DNA of 50,360 bases from a virus. Lineage: Duplodnaviria; Caudoviricetes. The position numbers were made by a program, and so were the translations under genes. Below the pieces are notes generated by a model. It did not search any database. It was not told the origin of the DNA and saw only the letters and a program-made list of their open reading frames with translations. Positions 24,761-33,860 of the stretch are shown piece by piece; position 1 is the stretch's first letter; each line of letters begins with the position of its first letter. The stretch spans positions 1 to 50,360 of IMG/VR virus record IMGVR_UViG_3300037743_000183; one strand, 5' to 3'.

Positions 24761-25666
24761 TCATGCCGTCGTCTTGGTCACGATGCCGGCGAACGTCACC
24801 TCGGTCGGGGTCGGTCCCGCCGGCCCGGCCGGGCCGGGCTCACCCCGGTCACCCTTGACCCCCGGCTTGCCAGCGGCACCCGCCGGTCCGGGCGGACCCG
24901 GCGGGCCGGCCTTCCCGGCGAACACCTCGGACTGGATCGCGGTGGCCATCCACGGCGTGATGGAGTTGGACCCGCCGAGGTCGTGGTCGGCGCGGAACCC
25001 GTCGGCAGCCGCCTTCGTGGCCGGGCCGTAGTCCCCGTCGACCGGCCCCGGGTCGTAGCCGGCCAGCTTCAGCATCCGCTGCCAGTACTCCACCACGGGT
25101 CCCTGGTCGCCCAGCTCTGGGAGCATGTCCCCTCCTGTCGTCTGTCCGAGTAGCACGTCCCCCACCAGCCGCATCGCCCCCGTGTCGGCCACCTGCCGCC
25201 GGTCCAGCGTCAGATGGAGGTGCCACAGGTGGCTCGCGTCGCTGGTGGCGATGCGGTTGAGGATGTTGTTGTAGCCGTCCACCCGCTGGTCGCCGTCGAG
25301 GTTGCCGTACCACTCGCGGACCACCTCGAGCTGCCCGGCGCGGACCGGCCGGTCCAGCCGGGAGCAGATCTCGATCATCCGCGCGGTGGAGCCCGGGTTG
25401 AAGTCCAGGCCGGCGATGTACCGCGCCTCGGCGGCGGTCAACCCCGACTGGACTGTGTAGGTCCGGCGGGTGCAGAAGCGGCTGTTCAGGATCCACTCCT
25501 GTGAGCGGTGGGCGCCGCTGAGGTGCACGTTGTCGCCTTTGGTGCCGGCGGCGTTCAGCGGCCGGCCGTAGGCTCGGCACAGCCGCTCCCCCAGCCCACG
25601 CAGCGGGTCGGGCACGATCTCCCTGCCCCACCAGGATTCTGTCTGCAGCTCCGCGTAAGTCGGCAT
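24761..25666 (-). CDS. endolysin: Zn-peptidase-like domain + PG-binding domain + collagen-like tail
   Basis: GD..H..GAH, GLDF, HLWHLHL; LGDQGPVVEYWQRML..VDGDYGPAT; GXY repeats. Confidence 0.8.
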   Translation of the reverse strand: MPTYAELQTESWWGREIVPDPLRGLGERLCRAYGRPLNAAGTKGDNVHLSGAHRSQEWILNSRFCTRRTYTVQSGLTAAEARYIAGLDFNPGSTARMIEICSRLDRPVRAGQLEVVREWYGNLDGDQRVDGYNNILNRIATSDASHLWHLHLTLDRRQVADTGAMRLVGDVLLGQTTGGDMLPELGDQGPVVEYWQRMLKLAGYDPGPVDGDYGPATKAAADGFRADHDLGGSNSITPWMATAIQSEVFAGKAGPPGPPGPAGAAGKPGVKGDRGEPGPAGPAGPTPTEVTFAGIVTKTTA

Positions 25667-25816
25667 CAGCTCACCCCCTCAGACTCGGCCGTTCGGACAG
25701 ACCACACACATGGCCCATTCTAGGTGTTAAGGCCAACCCGGGCGGTGAAGCAACCGCTGGTACCGGGGGTGTCACAGATGTTGACACGGCCGGCTCTGTG
25801 GGGTGAAACTGCCCCG

Positions 25817-25975
25817 GTGGACCTGTACGTGTCACCTGAGTGCGGCGGTGGCGATTGTGATGGTTGTGAGCCGACCGAGCTAGATCTGTTCCTGGCCGGT
25901 GATGACCCTGGCCGGCCGTGTGGGCACGTGTGCCACGGCTGGCCGGACGTGGCCCCGCAGCTGGTTGAGACCTAG
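25817..25975 (+). CDS. 52-aa Cys-rich protein with its own leaderless promoter
   Basis: TTGACA(25781)-18-GAAACT-6-GTG; C..C.GC...CGHVCH. Confidence 0.55.
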   Translation: MDLYVSPECGGGDCDGCEPTELDLFLAGDDPGRPCGHVCHGWPDVAPQLVET

Positions 25976-25980
25976 GACGG

Positions 25981-26727
25981 TCAGAACGAGATCACGTCCA
26001 GCGTACGGTCACCGAACAGCGCGCCAGGAGAGCTGGTCGAATCCGTCCGGTACTTGGCGGTCACCGTGTGCAGCCCAGGGTTCAGCCCGGTCACCGGGAA
26101 CTGCCGACCCGCCGCTATCGCGTTCGGCCCGTCACCGGCAGCCGCCAACACGGACACGATATGACGCAGCGTCGGAGCCCTCGACGTGGCGCCACTGACC
26201 TCCACGCTCATGTACCCGGCGTTGTCGTCAGCTGAGACGAAACAGCCCACCTCCACCAGCATGACGCCCGTGGAGCTGACCTCGATGTCCGTCAACGTCG
26301 GCCCGGGCGAGCCCGGCAGGTCGATCCAGTCGGTTGAGGAGATCTCCACGTAGTCTCCAACCTCAGCGGTGCGTATCCGGGCGGCGAACACCTCCGCGCT
26401 GATTTGACTGGCCAGTGAGGAGTTCATGAACTGGATCTGGGCCGCGGCCGCCCCGCTGCCAGGGCTGACCCACTGTCCGAAGATCGCCCAGGAGCTGGCG
26501 CCACCACCGGGTGCCCAGCCGATCAGCGCCACCGTGATCCCCGGGGTGAAGCTGTTCGCCGCCGGCCCGGCCAGCACATCCAGGTTGGTCAGCGTCGCAC
26601 CCCGCCACAGGACCGTGTTCTCAAACGTGTCCGGGTTCCACGCCAGCAGCTTCCCCTGGCCGTAGCGGACCCCGACGTTGTCGGGTGGTTGGCGGAGAAC
26701 CGGGGTCAGGTCGTCGGTGGGGCTCAC
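25981..26727 (-). CDS. minor tail protein
   Basis: DDLTPVL..YGQGKLLAWNPDT.ENTV; beta-rich C-terminus; last gene of the tail module. Confidence 0.7.
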   Translation of the reverse strand: MSPTDDLTPVLRQPPDNVGVRYGQGKLLAWNPDTFENTVLWRGATLTNLDVLAGPAANSFTPGITVALIGWAPGGGASSWAIFGQWVSPGSGAAAAQIQFMNSSLASQISAEVFAARIRTAEVGDYVEISSTDWIDLPGSPGPTLTDIEVSSTGVMLVEVGCFVSADDNAGYMSVEVSGATSRAPTLRHIVSVLAAAGDGPNAIAAGRQFPVTGLNPGLHTVTAKYRTDSTSSPGALFGDRTLDVISF

Positions 26728-26762
26728 ACGAACACCTTAGCCTTGCACACGTAGCCTGAAGA

Positions 26763-27563
26763 TCAGACAAAAATCTCGATGATCACGATCCCGGCCGCCC
26801 CGGCGGTGGACCCGCGGGCCGACTCGGATGGGCCGTTGTTGCACCCGCCGGAGCCACCACCGTACAGCCGGCCCGGTTCGCCGATGGTGTTGCTGATGCC
26901 GGCCGACGCGCTGCCGGACATGTGGGAGTGGCCGCCGTAGTTGGCCTGGGTGATGTCCGCGCCGATCCGCCGGCCGGTGCCACCGTCCGACCCGTCGATC
27001 AGCAGATCACCGGTGCCGCCGGTGCCACCCTCACCACCGGCGTTGGTCAGGTTGCTGGACCCGGCGGTGCTTCCGTCGCCGTGCTCCCCACCGTTGGCCA
27101 CCACCTTGCTAACACCGAAGCTGGACACAGCTCCGTCGCTGCCGTTGTTGTTGCCCGCCGCCGCCGCCGCCCCCCCACCGCCGACGGTCACCGTCTCCGA
27201 GCTGGCCAGAGCCGCGGCGAGTAGGAAAGACTCGGCATACTCACCACCACCACCACCACCCGGGATCGCACCCTGCCCAGCCGTGGTGGCGGCCGCACCG
27301 CCACACGAACCGCCGCCACCCACGGCCCTGACCCGCACGGCCTTCAACCCGGGGAAGCTGCCCTTGGCGAACGAACCACTGGCGGTGTAGTAGACGGTGG
27401 TCAGGTAGACGTAGCCGGTGCGCACCGGCTGGAGCTCGGCGTCCAGACCGGACACGGTGCCTTCCACCGCTTCGGCCAGGTTGGCCAGTTGTTCCGGCCC
27501 ATCCGGCGGGTCGTTCCGCCCTGGCCGGGGCCAGCCGTAGATCGGTGTGCTCGCCACCGTCAC
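26763..27563 (-). CDS. minor tail protein with glycine-rich domain
   Basis: TPIYGWP.P..DPPDGP..LA.AVE N-terminus; VRAVGGGG..GAAGIVIIE. Confidence 0.75.
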   Translation of the reverse strand: MTVASTPIYGWPRPGRNDPPDGPEQLANLAEAVEGTVSGLDAELQPVRTGYVYLTTVYYTASGSFAKGSFPGLKAVRVRAVGGGGSCGGAAATTAGQGAIPGGGGGGEYAESFLLAAALASSETVTVGGGGAAAAAGNNNGSDGAVSSFGVSKVVANGGEHGDGSTAGSSNLTNAGGEGGTGGTGDLLIDGSDGGTGRRIGADITQANYGGHSHMSGSASAGISNTIGEPGRLYGGGSGGCNNGPSESARGSTAGAAGIVIIEIFV

Positions 27564-29914
27564 ACCTCCACTCTGACCAACGTCTGCTCACGGGTCGTCC
27601 CTACCATCGGACTACCCACGTCCAGGGGGATGGTCAACGACTCCATGACGTGCCGCTCCCGGTTCCCATCCAGGTAACGCACCTCGATCGGATCATGCGG
27701 CCGCAACGCCGGGTTGACGACGGCGCGGAAGTTGACCTCGTACGGCATGCCGATACTCCGGCGCAGCATGTTCCCGGCCGCGACCGACGCCTGACCGACC
27801 GTGGTCAGCAGCGGCGACGCGTAGAACCGTGGCACCTTGCCGAACGGGCCGCCGAAGAACGTGGGTGACAGCGGGTTCGCGTCGACCGCCACCGCCCGCA
27901 CCGGATCAGACCCGTCACCGGCCTCACCGGTGGCAACCACGGCGTTGTACACACCCACCCGGGTCAGGGTGCGGGACACCTGCAGCTGCACCCCATGGTC
28001 GCCGGCGTTGACCGTCCACACCGGCATACCCGGGTCGGGCGCCTGCTCCACCCGCAGGAACCCTTGCCCGTCCCAGAACATGACCTTCCCGAGGCTGTCG
28101 GCGATCTCCCGCAGAAACTGGTAGCGGGACTCCTCGGCCACCAGCTGCCGGCCCAAGTTGTCCATCGCCATCGAATCGAAGATCACCGTCACGTCCGGGT
28201 AGATCTCCCCCACCAGCTCCTGAAAAACCGACTGGTTGGTCCTGCTGCCGGAGAACACCCGCGGGCCGAGTAGCCGCCCGTCGACGATCCCGGACATCCG
28301 GTCCTGGCAGGACAGGCGGATCGGCCCGTCCGGTGCGTCATCCTGCTCCGGAGTGGCGATGCGGAAGTAGCCCAGTGGGAACCACAGCGGCTCCAGGTCG
28401 GGGCCGAGGTCGACCGCCCGGCGCACGAAAATCTCATTCCCGTACGGGGTGAGCAGGTCGGATGCCCGGCGTGGCCACAGGTCCCCGGTGGTGGTCAGCT
28501 CCAGGGTCCGCTGAATCTCCGCGGTCCCGTCGAGTGTCACATCCCCGCCGAGGATCGTGATCTGGACACCGTCCGGGTTCCCGCCGGTTTGGAAGGTGGT
28601 GCATACCCTGGCTTCGACCAGCACCCGGTGGGAGCCGGACAGGGTCCGCAGTAGCGCCCCGGTGGCCGGTGCCGGTGGTGGGGTTCCGGCGACGGTGAAC
28701 GTGTGGGTGAACACCGCGGAGGTGCCACGCCACGCGGTGAGGGTGACCTGCAGGTGGGTGCCGAGGTCCTGGACGGTGACCGTGCCGTACTGGTTCCGCC
28801 CGTCGAGTGTGCCCGCGGAGTAGGTTCCGCCGGTGCCGAGCCCGGGTGTGGCGTCCAGGCTGGCGGCCTGAAGGACGGGGATGTTGCCGGGGGAGTTGGC
28901 CCCGTCGTCGATCGCGAGCCCGTGGTAGTCGCCGGAGACGATGCACATCCGCCCCAGCCAGCCGGTGCTGTCGAACATGGCCACCAGCTCGGCCTGCTCG
29001 GTGGTGAAGCTGGCCCACGAGTCGGTGGCGGTGCCCAGCCACTGCTGGGGTAGCAGCCACACCAGCAGCTTCGCGTCACAGCTGGCGAGTAGCCCGGCCA
29101 GCCACGTCTTCTGGGCGGTGCCGAGCATCGTCTTGGATGCGTCGTCCGGGTCGGAGTTGTCCGAGCCGTAGTAGCGGACATCGGCGCCGACGAACAGAAC
29201 CCGGCCGATCTGCCAGGACTGCCAGATACCGGCCGGGTCGGGCAGGTCGTAGTGGGGTGTCCGCTCGCGGTAGACCTGGGCGGCGTTGGGTGAGGCGCCG
29301 CGCTGGTTGTTGGCCAGGAAGTCGTGGTCATCCCACAGGTAGCCGAATGCGACCTCGCGGTAAAGCTGGGCCTGCCTGGACTGGGCGAGGTTGTCGTCGA
29401 AGAACGTCCGCCGGTTGGCGAGGGTGTCGGTGAGGGTCACATCCCAGTCGGGGTAGCCGAAGTCGCCCAGGTTCACGAACTTGAGCCAGTTGTTGGTCAG
29501 GGCCTGGGTGCGGATGATGTCGAACACGGGGTGGTTGGATACCAGGTCGGCGTCAAGCTCCCCCCCGGCGTCGCCGGGGAAGTCCGGGTCGAGCCCGGCG
29601 CACGACGCGGCCGCGATCGTGAAGCTGGCCGGCAGCCCCAGCGGCGGGTGGGTGATGAACTGGCCGGTCGGGTCGGTGTCCAGGGTCGCGTTGTCTTCGA
29701 CCTGCCACCAGTATCGGGTGGACGGGTCAAGGCCTGCGATGCTGACCTTGGCCACGCCCTGAGCGTCGACCGCCTGCGAGCTCGTGAACACGGGCGAGGT
29801 CATGGCCGGGTTGGCGGCCACCGCCACCCGCACCGGCCCGCCACCGTCAACCTTCGCCACGAAGGTGGCGCCGGCCGGGGTGACCGCACCAACCACCATG
29901 TTGACGACGCTCAC
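27560..29914 (-). CDS. PhoD-like phosphatase fused to tail hub-like (DUF5047-like) protein
   Basis: ASC, NLGDFGYPD, WDDHDF, DVRYY, TMLG..QK.WL, VSGDYH; then LSGSH..PYGNEIFVRR..PLGYFRI..GPFGKVPRFYASP. Confidence 0.8.
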   Translation of the reverse strand: MSVVNMVVGAVTPAGATFVAKVDGGGPVRVAVAANPAMTSPVFTSSQAVDAQGVAKVSIAGLDPSTRYWWQVEDNATLDTDPTGQFITHPPLGLPASFTIAAASCAGLDPDFPGDAGGELDADLVSNHPVFDIIRTQALTNNWLKFVNLGDFGYPDWDVTLTDTLANRRTFFDDNLAQSRQAQLYREVAFGYLWDDHDFLANNQRGASPNAAQVYRERTPHYDLPDPAGIWQSWQIGRVLFVGADVRYYGSDNSDPDDASKTMLGTAQKTWLAGLLASCDAKLLVWLLPQQWLGTATDSWASFTTEQAELVAMFDSTGWLGRMCIVSGDYHGLAIDDGANSPGNIPVLQAASLDATPGLGTGGTYSAGTLDGRNQYGTVTVQDLGTHLQVTLTAWRGTSAVFTHTFTVAGTPPPAPATGALLRTLSGSHRVLVEARVCTTFQTGGNPDGVQITILGGDVTLDGTAEIQRTLELTTTGDLWPRRASDLLTPYGNEIFVRRAVDLGPDLEPLWFPLGYFRIATPEQDDAPDGPIRLSCQDRMSGIVDGRLLGPRVFSGSRTNQSVFQELVGEIYPDVTVIFDSMAMDNLGRQLVAEESRYQFLREIADSLGKVMFWDGQGFLRVEQAPDPGMPVWTVNAGDHGVQLQVSRTLTRVGVYNAVVATGEAGDGSDPVRAVAVDANPLSPTFFGGPFGKVPRFYASPLLTTVGQASVAAGNMLRRSIGMPYEVNFRAVVNPALRPHDPIEVRYLDGNRERHVMESLTIPLDVGSPMVGTTREQTLVRVEV

Positions 29915-30483
29915 AGCGTCACCAGATCCTCGGGCGACCCGACCGTATCAAGCAGATCAGCCCACGTCGGCTGGGCTGATACCAGCGCCTCCCACGACCC
30001 GTACAGATTCAGCACAGTGCCCCAGGTGAGGGTGCCGCCGACCACATCCGGCCCGGGGGCGGCCACCTCGACCAGCGGCAGGGTGAACCTGAACCACGGG
30101 TCGGCCACCCCGGCTGGCAGCTTCCGGTCCACCCGATGTTTGGTGACCGTGCCGATGGCCACGAACATGGACCCGGGCAGGATCCGCCGGCTGGGTGGAA
30201 CGTGGAGGAAGAACACGTCCCCGGCCATCAACGACAGGTCCAGCTTCCGGTGTGCCGCGTCGGTCTTGGTGAGCAGGGTCAGGATGTACGCGCGGCTGGC
30301 ACGTACGTCGATCTGACCGACCGGTGAGGAGCGGCCCCGGACCGGGAAGATACCCATCCGGGCCTCCCGGTCCACCGGCTCAACATCGTCCACGGTGACG
30401 GCCTGGTTGAGGAAAGGGTGCCGGACGGACTTGAGCCACACCTCACCGGCGAGGCTGGGGGTGATCGAGTCGATCTCAGGCAT
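29911..30483 (-). CDS. distal-tail (Dit-like) protein, C-terminal portion
   Basis: SITPSL..VWLKSVRHPFLN..R.G.F.V.GRS.P..LPLVEV..P; position after the tape measure. Confidence 0.6.
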   Translation of the reverse strand: MPEIDSITPSLAGEVWLKSVRHPFLNQAVTVDDVEPVDREARMGIFPVRGRSSPVGQIDVRASRAYILTLLTKTDAAHRKLDLSLMAGDVFFLHVPPSRRILPGSMFVAIGTVTKHRVDRKLPAGVADPWFRFTLPLVEVAAPGPDVVGGTLTWGTVLNLYGSWEALVSAQPTWADLLDTVGSPEDLVTL

Positions 30484-30489
30484 GGCAGC

Positions 30490-31350
30490 TCACCCGGCGA
30501 AGATGTGCTCTACCAGCACCAGGCCACCGCCGCCGGCGCCGCCGTTACGGGCAGTGCCCTGCGAGGGCAGGGTGCGGGTGCCACCACCACCACCGCCGAA
30601 CTGGCCGTCGAACCCGTCACTGTTGCTGCCCGCCCTGCCTCCGGGACCGGCCCGCGAGTCCCCGCCGTTGGGCAGGGTTGAGCTGGGCGCCACCCGTAAG
30701 AAGCCTTCACCGTGTGACCCGCCCATGACCACGTCGCCGGTGCCGCTGCTGCCCCCGGTGCCGCCGAACAGAGAGGCGTTGCCGGCCCCGGTCGCCAGGT
30801 TGTTGCCACCCGACCCGGCGCCGGCGACCACGTGGGAACCGAACGAGCTGCTGCCGCTGCCGCTTGAGCCGCCGTTGGCACCCACCCCCCCGGCGCCGCC
30901 GGTGCCCACGGTCACCGTCTCGGTGGCGCCGAGCGACGCGGCGTCGATCACCGACACGGACACCGCTCCGGCACCACCGCCGGAACCGCCGGACACCTCA
31001 CCTGATCCGGTGGTCCCAGCCCCGGCGCCCCCACCACCCGGGCCGACCACGGTAATCCGGGCGGCAACCAGCCCCAGCGGCTTGGTCCACGTGTCGGACG
31101 TGGTGAAAACGTCCACAGTCTCCTCCAAACTCGCCTGTGACACCCGGTAGAAGTTCTCCACCGCATCAGGCCAGTAGTAGTCGTCCAGCTGGGCCGCGCC
31201 GGCGACTACCGGCAGTGCCACACCACCCTGAACCGTCACCCACCACAGCTGGTTGATTGACCGCTCCACCGTTACGGCCCCGTTGGGGTAGCCGGAGATG
31301 GCTATCCGTACCCGTTGCAGGTCCGTGAGCTGTGAAAGGCCGATGGTCAC
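30490..31350 (-). CDS. tail protein: Dit-like N-terminus + glycine-rich domain
   Basis: RVRI..VERS..W.TV.GG..LDDY..N.YRV, then FTTSDTWTKP..GGGGLVLVE. Confidence 0.65.
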   Translation of the reverse strand: MTIGLSQLTDLQRVRIAISGYPNGAVTVERSINQLWWVTVQGGVALPVVAGAAQLDDYYWPDAVENFYRVSQASLEETVDVFTTSDTWTKPLGLVAARITVVGPGGGGAGAGTTGSGEVSGGSGGGAGAVSVSVIDAASLGATETVTVGTGGAGGVGANGGSSGSGSSSFGSHVVAGAGSGGNNLATGAGNASLFGGTGGSSGTGDVVMGGSHGEGFLRVAPSSTLPNGGDSRAGPGGRAGSNSDGFDGQFGGGGGGTRTLPSQGTARNGGAGGGGLVLVEHIFAG

Positions 31351-33218
31351 CGCGCCGCCCCCGCCCCAGCCTCAACCCGCCGCCGCAGCCCGCGGGTACG
31401 GTCCCGGACCTCCACCCGCACAATGTCGGTCAGCTCCCGGTCCCCGATGAACACGTGAACCTCGGGTGGCAGCCCCCCGGCCGGGGCGAGCGCGGCCATC
31501 TGCTCCCGGGTGAACACACCCTCCCGGCCCTTCGCCACCACCAGCTGTTCGCCGATCCCGGGAATGATCCCACCACCGTGGAACCGGGGGATCTGGGGCA
31601 CCCGGAACGTGGTCCCGCCGATCGTCTTACCCAGGAACTTCACCGTCGGCAGGGTGAACGACAGTCCGTTCCACTTCCCGATGATCCAGTTAAGTGCCGA
31701 CTGGAACGCGCTGCGGATCCCGTCGAACAGGCCGGCGGCGGCCGACCGGACCCGGCCGGGAAGCCCCCGGATGAAGTTGACCACCGCGGTGAAGTTGGCC
31801 ACGATCCGGTCCTTCACCCCGACGACCCAGCCGATCACCGCCGCCAGCAGCCCGCGCCAGAACCCGAAGTACCGCTTGACCCCCTCCCACAGGAACCGGG
31901 CCACCGCAACGGTCAGCTTGAACTGGGCGACGATCAGCCCGAACGCCGGCTTCAACACGTGCTCCCACAGCCACTTGCCGGTTGCGGCCACAACCCGGAA
32001 CGCCCCGTCGACGATCTTTCGGAATGTCTCCGAGTGCTTGTAGGCGTATATCAGCCCGGCGACCAGAGCGGCGATCGCGATGACCACCAAGCCGATCGGG
32101 TTGGCGATCAACGCGGCGTTGAACGCCCACACCGCGGCGATCACTAGCTTGATAAACATGAACGCCTTGAACGCGACCAGCGCGGCGCCAAGGATCATGA
32201 CGAACGGGATGAAGAAGTCCCGGTTGCGGGAGATGAACCCGGCCAGCGTTGATAGCGCCGGCACTACGGTGCCGGTCAGGAACCCGGTGACGTTGCGGAA
32301 CCCGGCCACCAACCGTGGCAGCCACACCGCCGCCACCTCCCGCACCCGCGGCACCACCACGGCGGTGAAGAACGCACCGAACCGTTGCAACGCGGGAATG
32401 ATCTTGTCGTTGATCGCCGGGATGATGTGCTGCTGAAGAGCCCTGGACGCCTTGTCCATCGTGGCCAGGATCACCGGCTCAAGTGGCTCCAGCGCGTGGG
32501 AGATCAACGTTTTGAACCGCTGCCACGGGGTGGCCGCTGCGGCTGCCGCACCACCGAACTCGGTCGCCAGCTCCTTCAGGATTATCTTCTGGGCGCCCAT
32601 CACATCGCCGGACTCGACCAGCGCCTTGATCTGATCCTTCTGTGAGGCGGTGAAGCTCACCCCGACCCGCTGCAGCGCAGACACACCCTTGATCGGGTCG
32701 TTTAGTGCCTTGCCAACCTGGATCGCCTGGTTCTTCATGTCGGTGCCGAGCGCGGCCGACATGTCGGTGACGGTCTGGGTGGCCTGGTCGAAGATGTCGT
32801 TGCCCTTGCCCACCTCGTTACGGATCCGGGTGAAGGTGAGCAGCATGTTGGAGCCGGATTGGATGGCCGCGTCGTCGATGCCGCTCTTGCGGGAGATGGC
32901 GTGGGCCAGCTTGGTGATCTCCCCGGCGGTGACGTTCGCCGCACCGCCGGTGGTCTTGAGGACCTGGGTGGTCAGCCGATCGATCCGTGCTCCTTCGGCT
33001 GCGCCTTTCGCGAAGTCGCCGACCGCGGTGGTGATCTTCCTGAAGGCGGCGGTGATCACCTGAGCCCCGAGGATGCCCTTGACGATTCCGGAGAACCCGC
33101 CGCCGAACGCCTTACCGGACTGCTGCCCGGCTTTCTTGGCCCCGGGTTCGGCGTCCCTACCGAACCGGGCGGTGTCCGGCCGCACCCGGATGAACGCCTC
33201 ACCGATACGCCTAGCCAC
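31347..33218 (-). CDS. tape measure protein
   Basis: IGEAFIRVRPD N-terminus; QVGKALNDPIKGVSALQRVGVSF; ANPIGLVVIAIAAL; Trp/Phe-periodic repeats. Confidence 0.92.
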   Translation of the reverse strand: MARRIGEAFIRVRPDTARFGRDAEPGAKKAGQQSGKAFGGGFSGIVKGILGAQVITAAFRKITTAVGDFAKGAAEGARIDRLTTQVLKTTGGAANVTAGEITKLAHAISRKSGIDDAAIQSGSNMLLTFTRIRNEVGKGNDIFDQATQTVTDMSAALGTDMKNQAIQVGKALNDPIKGVSALQRVGVSFTASQKDQIKALVESGDVMGAQKIILKELATEFGGAAAAAATPWQRFKTLISHALEPLEPVILATMDKASRALQQHIIPAINDKIIPALQRFGAFFTAVVVPRVREVAAVWLPRLVAGFRNVTGFLTGTVVPALSTLAGFISRNRDFFIPFVMILGAALVAFKAFMFIKLVIAAVWAFNAALIANPIGLVVIAIAALVAGLIYAYKHSETFRKIVDGAFRVVAATGKWLWEHVLKPAFGLIVAQFKLTVAVARFLWEGVKRYFGFWRGLLAAVIGWVVGVKDRIVANFTAVVNFIRGLPGRVRSAAAGLFDGIRSAFQSALNWIIGKWNGLSFTLPTVKFLGKTIGGTTFRVPQIPRFHGGGIIPGIGEQLVVAKGREGVFTREQMAALAPAGGLPPEVHVFIGDRELTDIVRVEVRDRTRGLRRRVEAGAGAAR

Positions 33219-33417
33219 CGACCATCTCACCCCCGACCGCCTCGGTCATCTCCGCCACCCGCGCCAACCGATCCGAACCGGCCACAGCGCCCCGCAGCGC
33301 CGTGTCCAAAGGGGCCGGGTCCTCAGCACCCAGCAGCTTCAGCACCCCCCGCCGCCACATCCACTCGTCGGCCAGCACATACAGGACGCTGAGCCCTTCG
33401 GCGGCGGGAAGGGCCAT
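33211..33417 (-). CDS. tail assembly chaperone downstream ORF (possible frameshift extension)
   Basis: Between chaperone and tape measure; its frame stays open upstream into the chaperone gene. Confidence 0.55.
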   Translation of the reverse strand: MALPAAEGLSVLYVLADEWMWRRGVLKLLGAEDPAPLDTALRGAVAGSDRLARVAEMTEAVGGEMVGG

Positions 33418-33860
33418 CAGCCGGCCGCCCGGTCCACCGCCGCCCGCAACTCCGCCTCCCGCTCCGGGGTCAGCACCTCCTCCCGCCAACTGCCATCGGC
33501 AGAGTGAACCCTCCACGTACGGCCAGTGGTCGGCGGCCCATCGGCAGAGTCCGAGGGCCGCCGGGTAGGGCGCTCCGACACCGCCTCGATCACGTCGGCG
33601 ACGATCTGAAGCAGCGTGTCCGGGTCGGTGCCATGCTCCCGGCAGTGGACCCGGAACCGGTCGTAGTCCTGGCCGAGCAGGCTGCGGAAGAACTGGCCCA
33701 GCGCGGCGGCACCCTCGACCGAGGCCGAGTCGACGTCGGCAACCTGGGCCAGCTCGCACAGCTCCAGCAGCTTCACCCCGCCGGTGGCGACAAACTGGAC
33801 CCCGTCCAGGTCGAAGCTGACCGGCTCGGTTGGTTTGGAGGTGTAGGAGCGGCGGCCCAT
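33417..33860 (-). CDS. tail assembly chaperone
   Basis: EPVSFDLDG..F; ERPT..PS.S..G C-terminus; follows the major tail gene. Confidence 0.75.
   Translation of the reverse strand: MGRRSYTSKPTEPVSFDLDGVQFVATGGVKLLELCELAQVADVDSASVEGAAALGQFFRSLLGQDYDRFRVHCREHGTDPDTLLQIVADVIEAVSERPTRRPSDSADGPPTTGRTWRVHSADGSWREEVLTPEREAELRAAVDRAAG

Noticed and set aside
33492-33550. 13-bp direct repeat ccatcggcagagt in the chaperone gene
   Set aside because: Short local duplication (SADG x2) with no evident function
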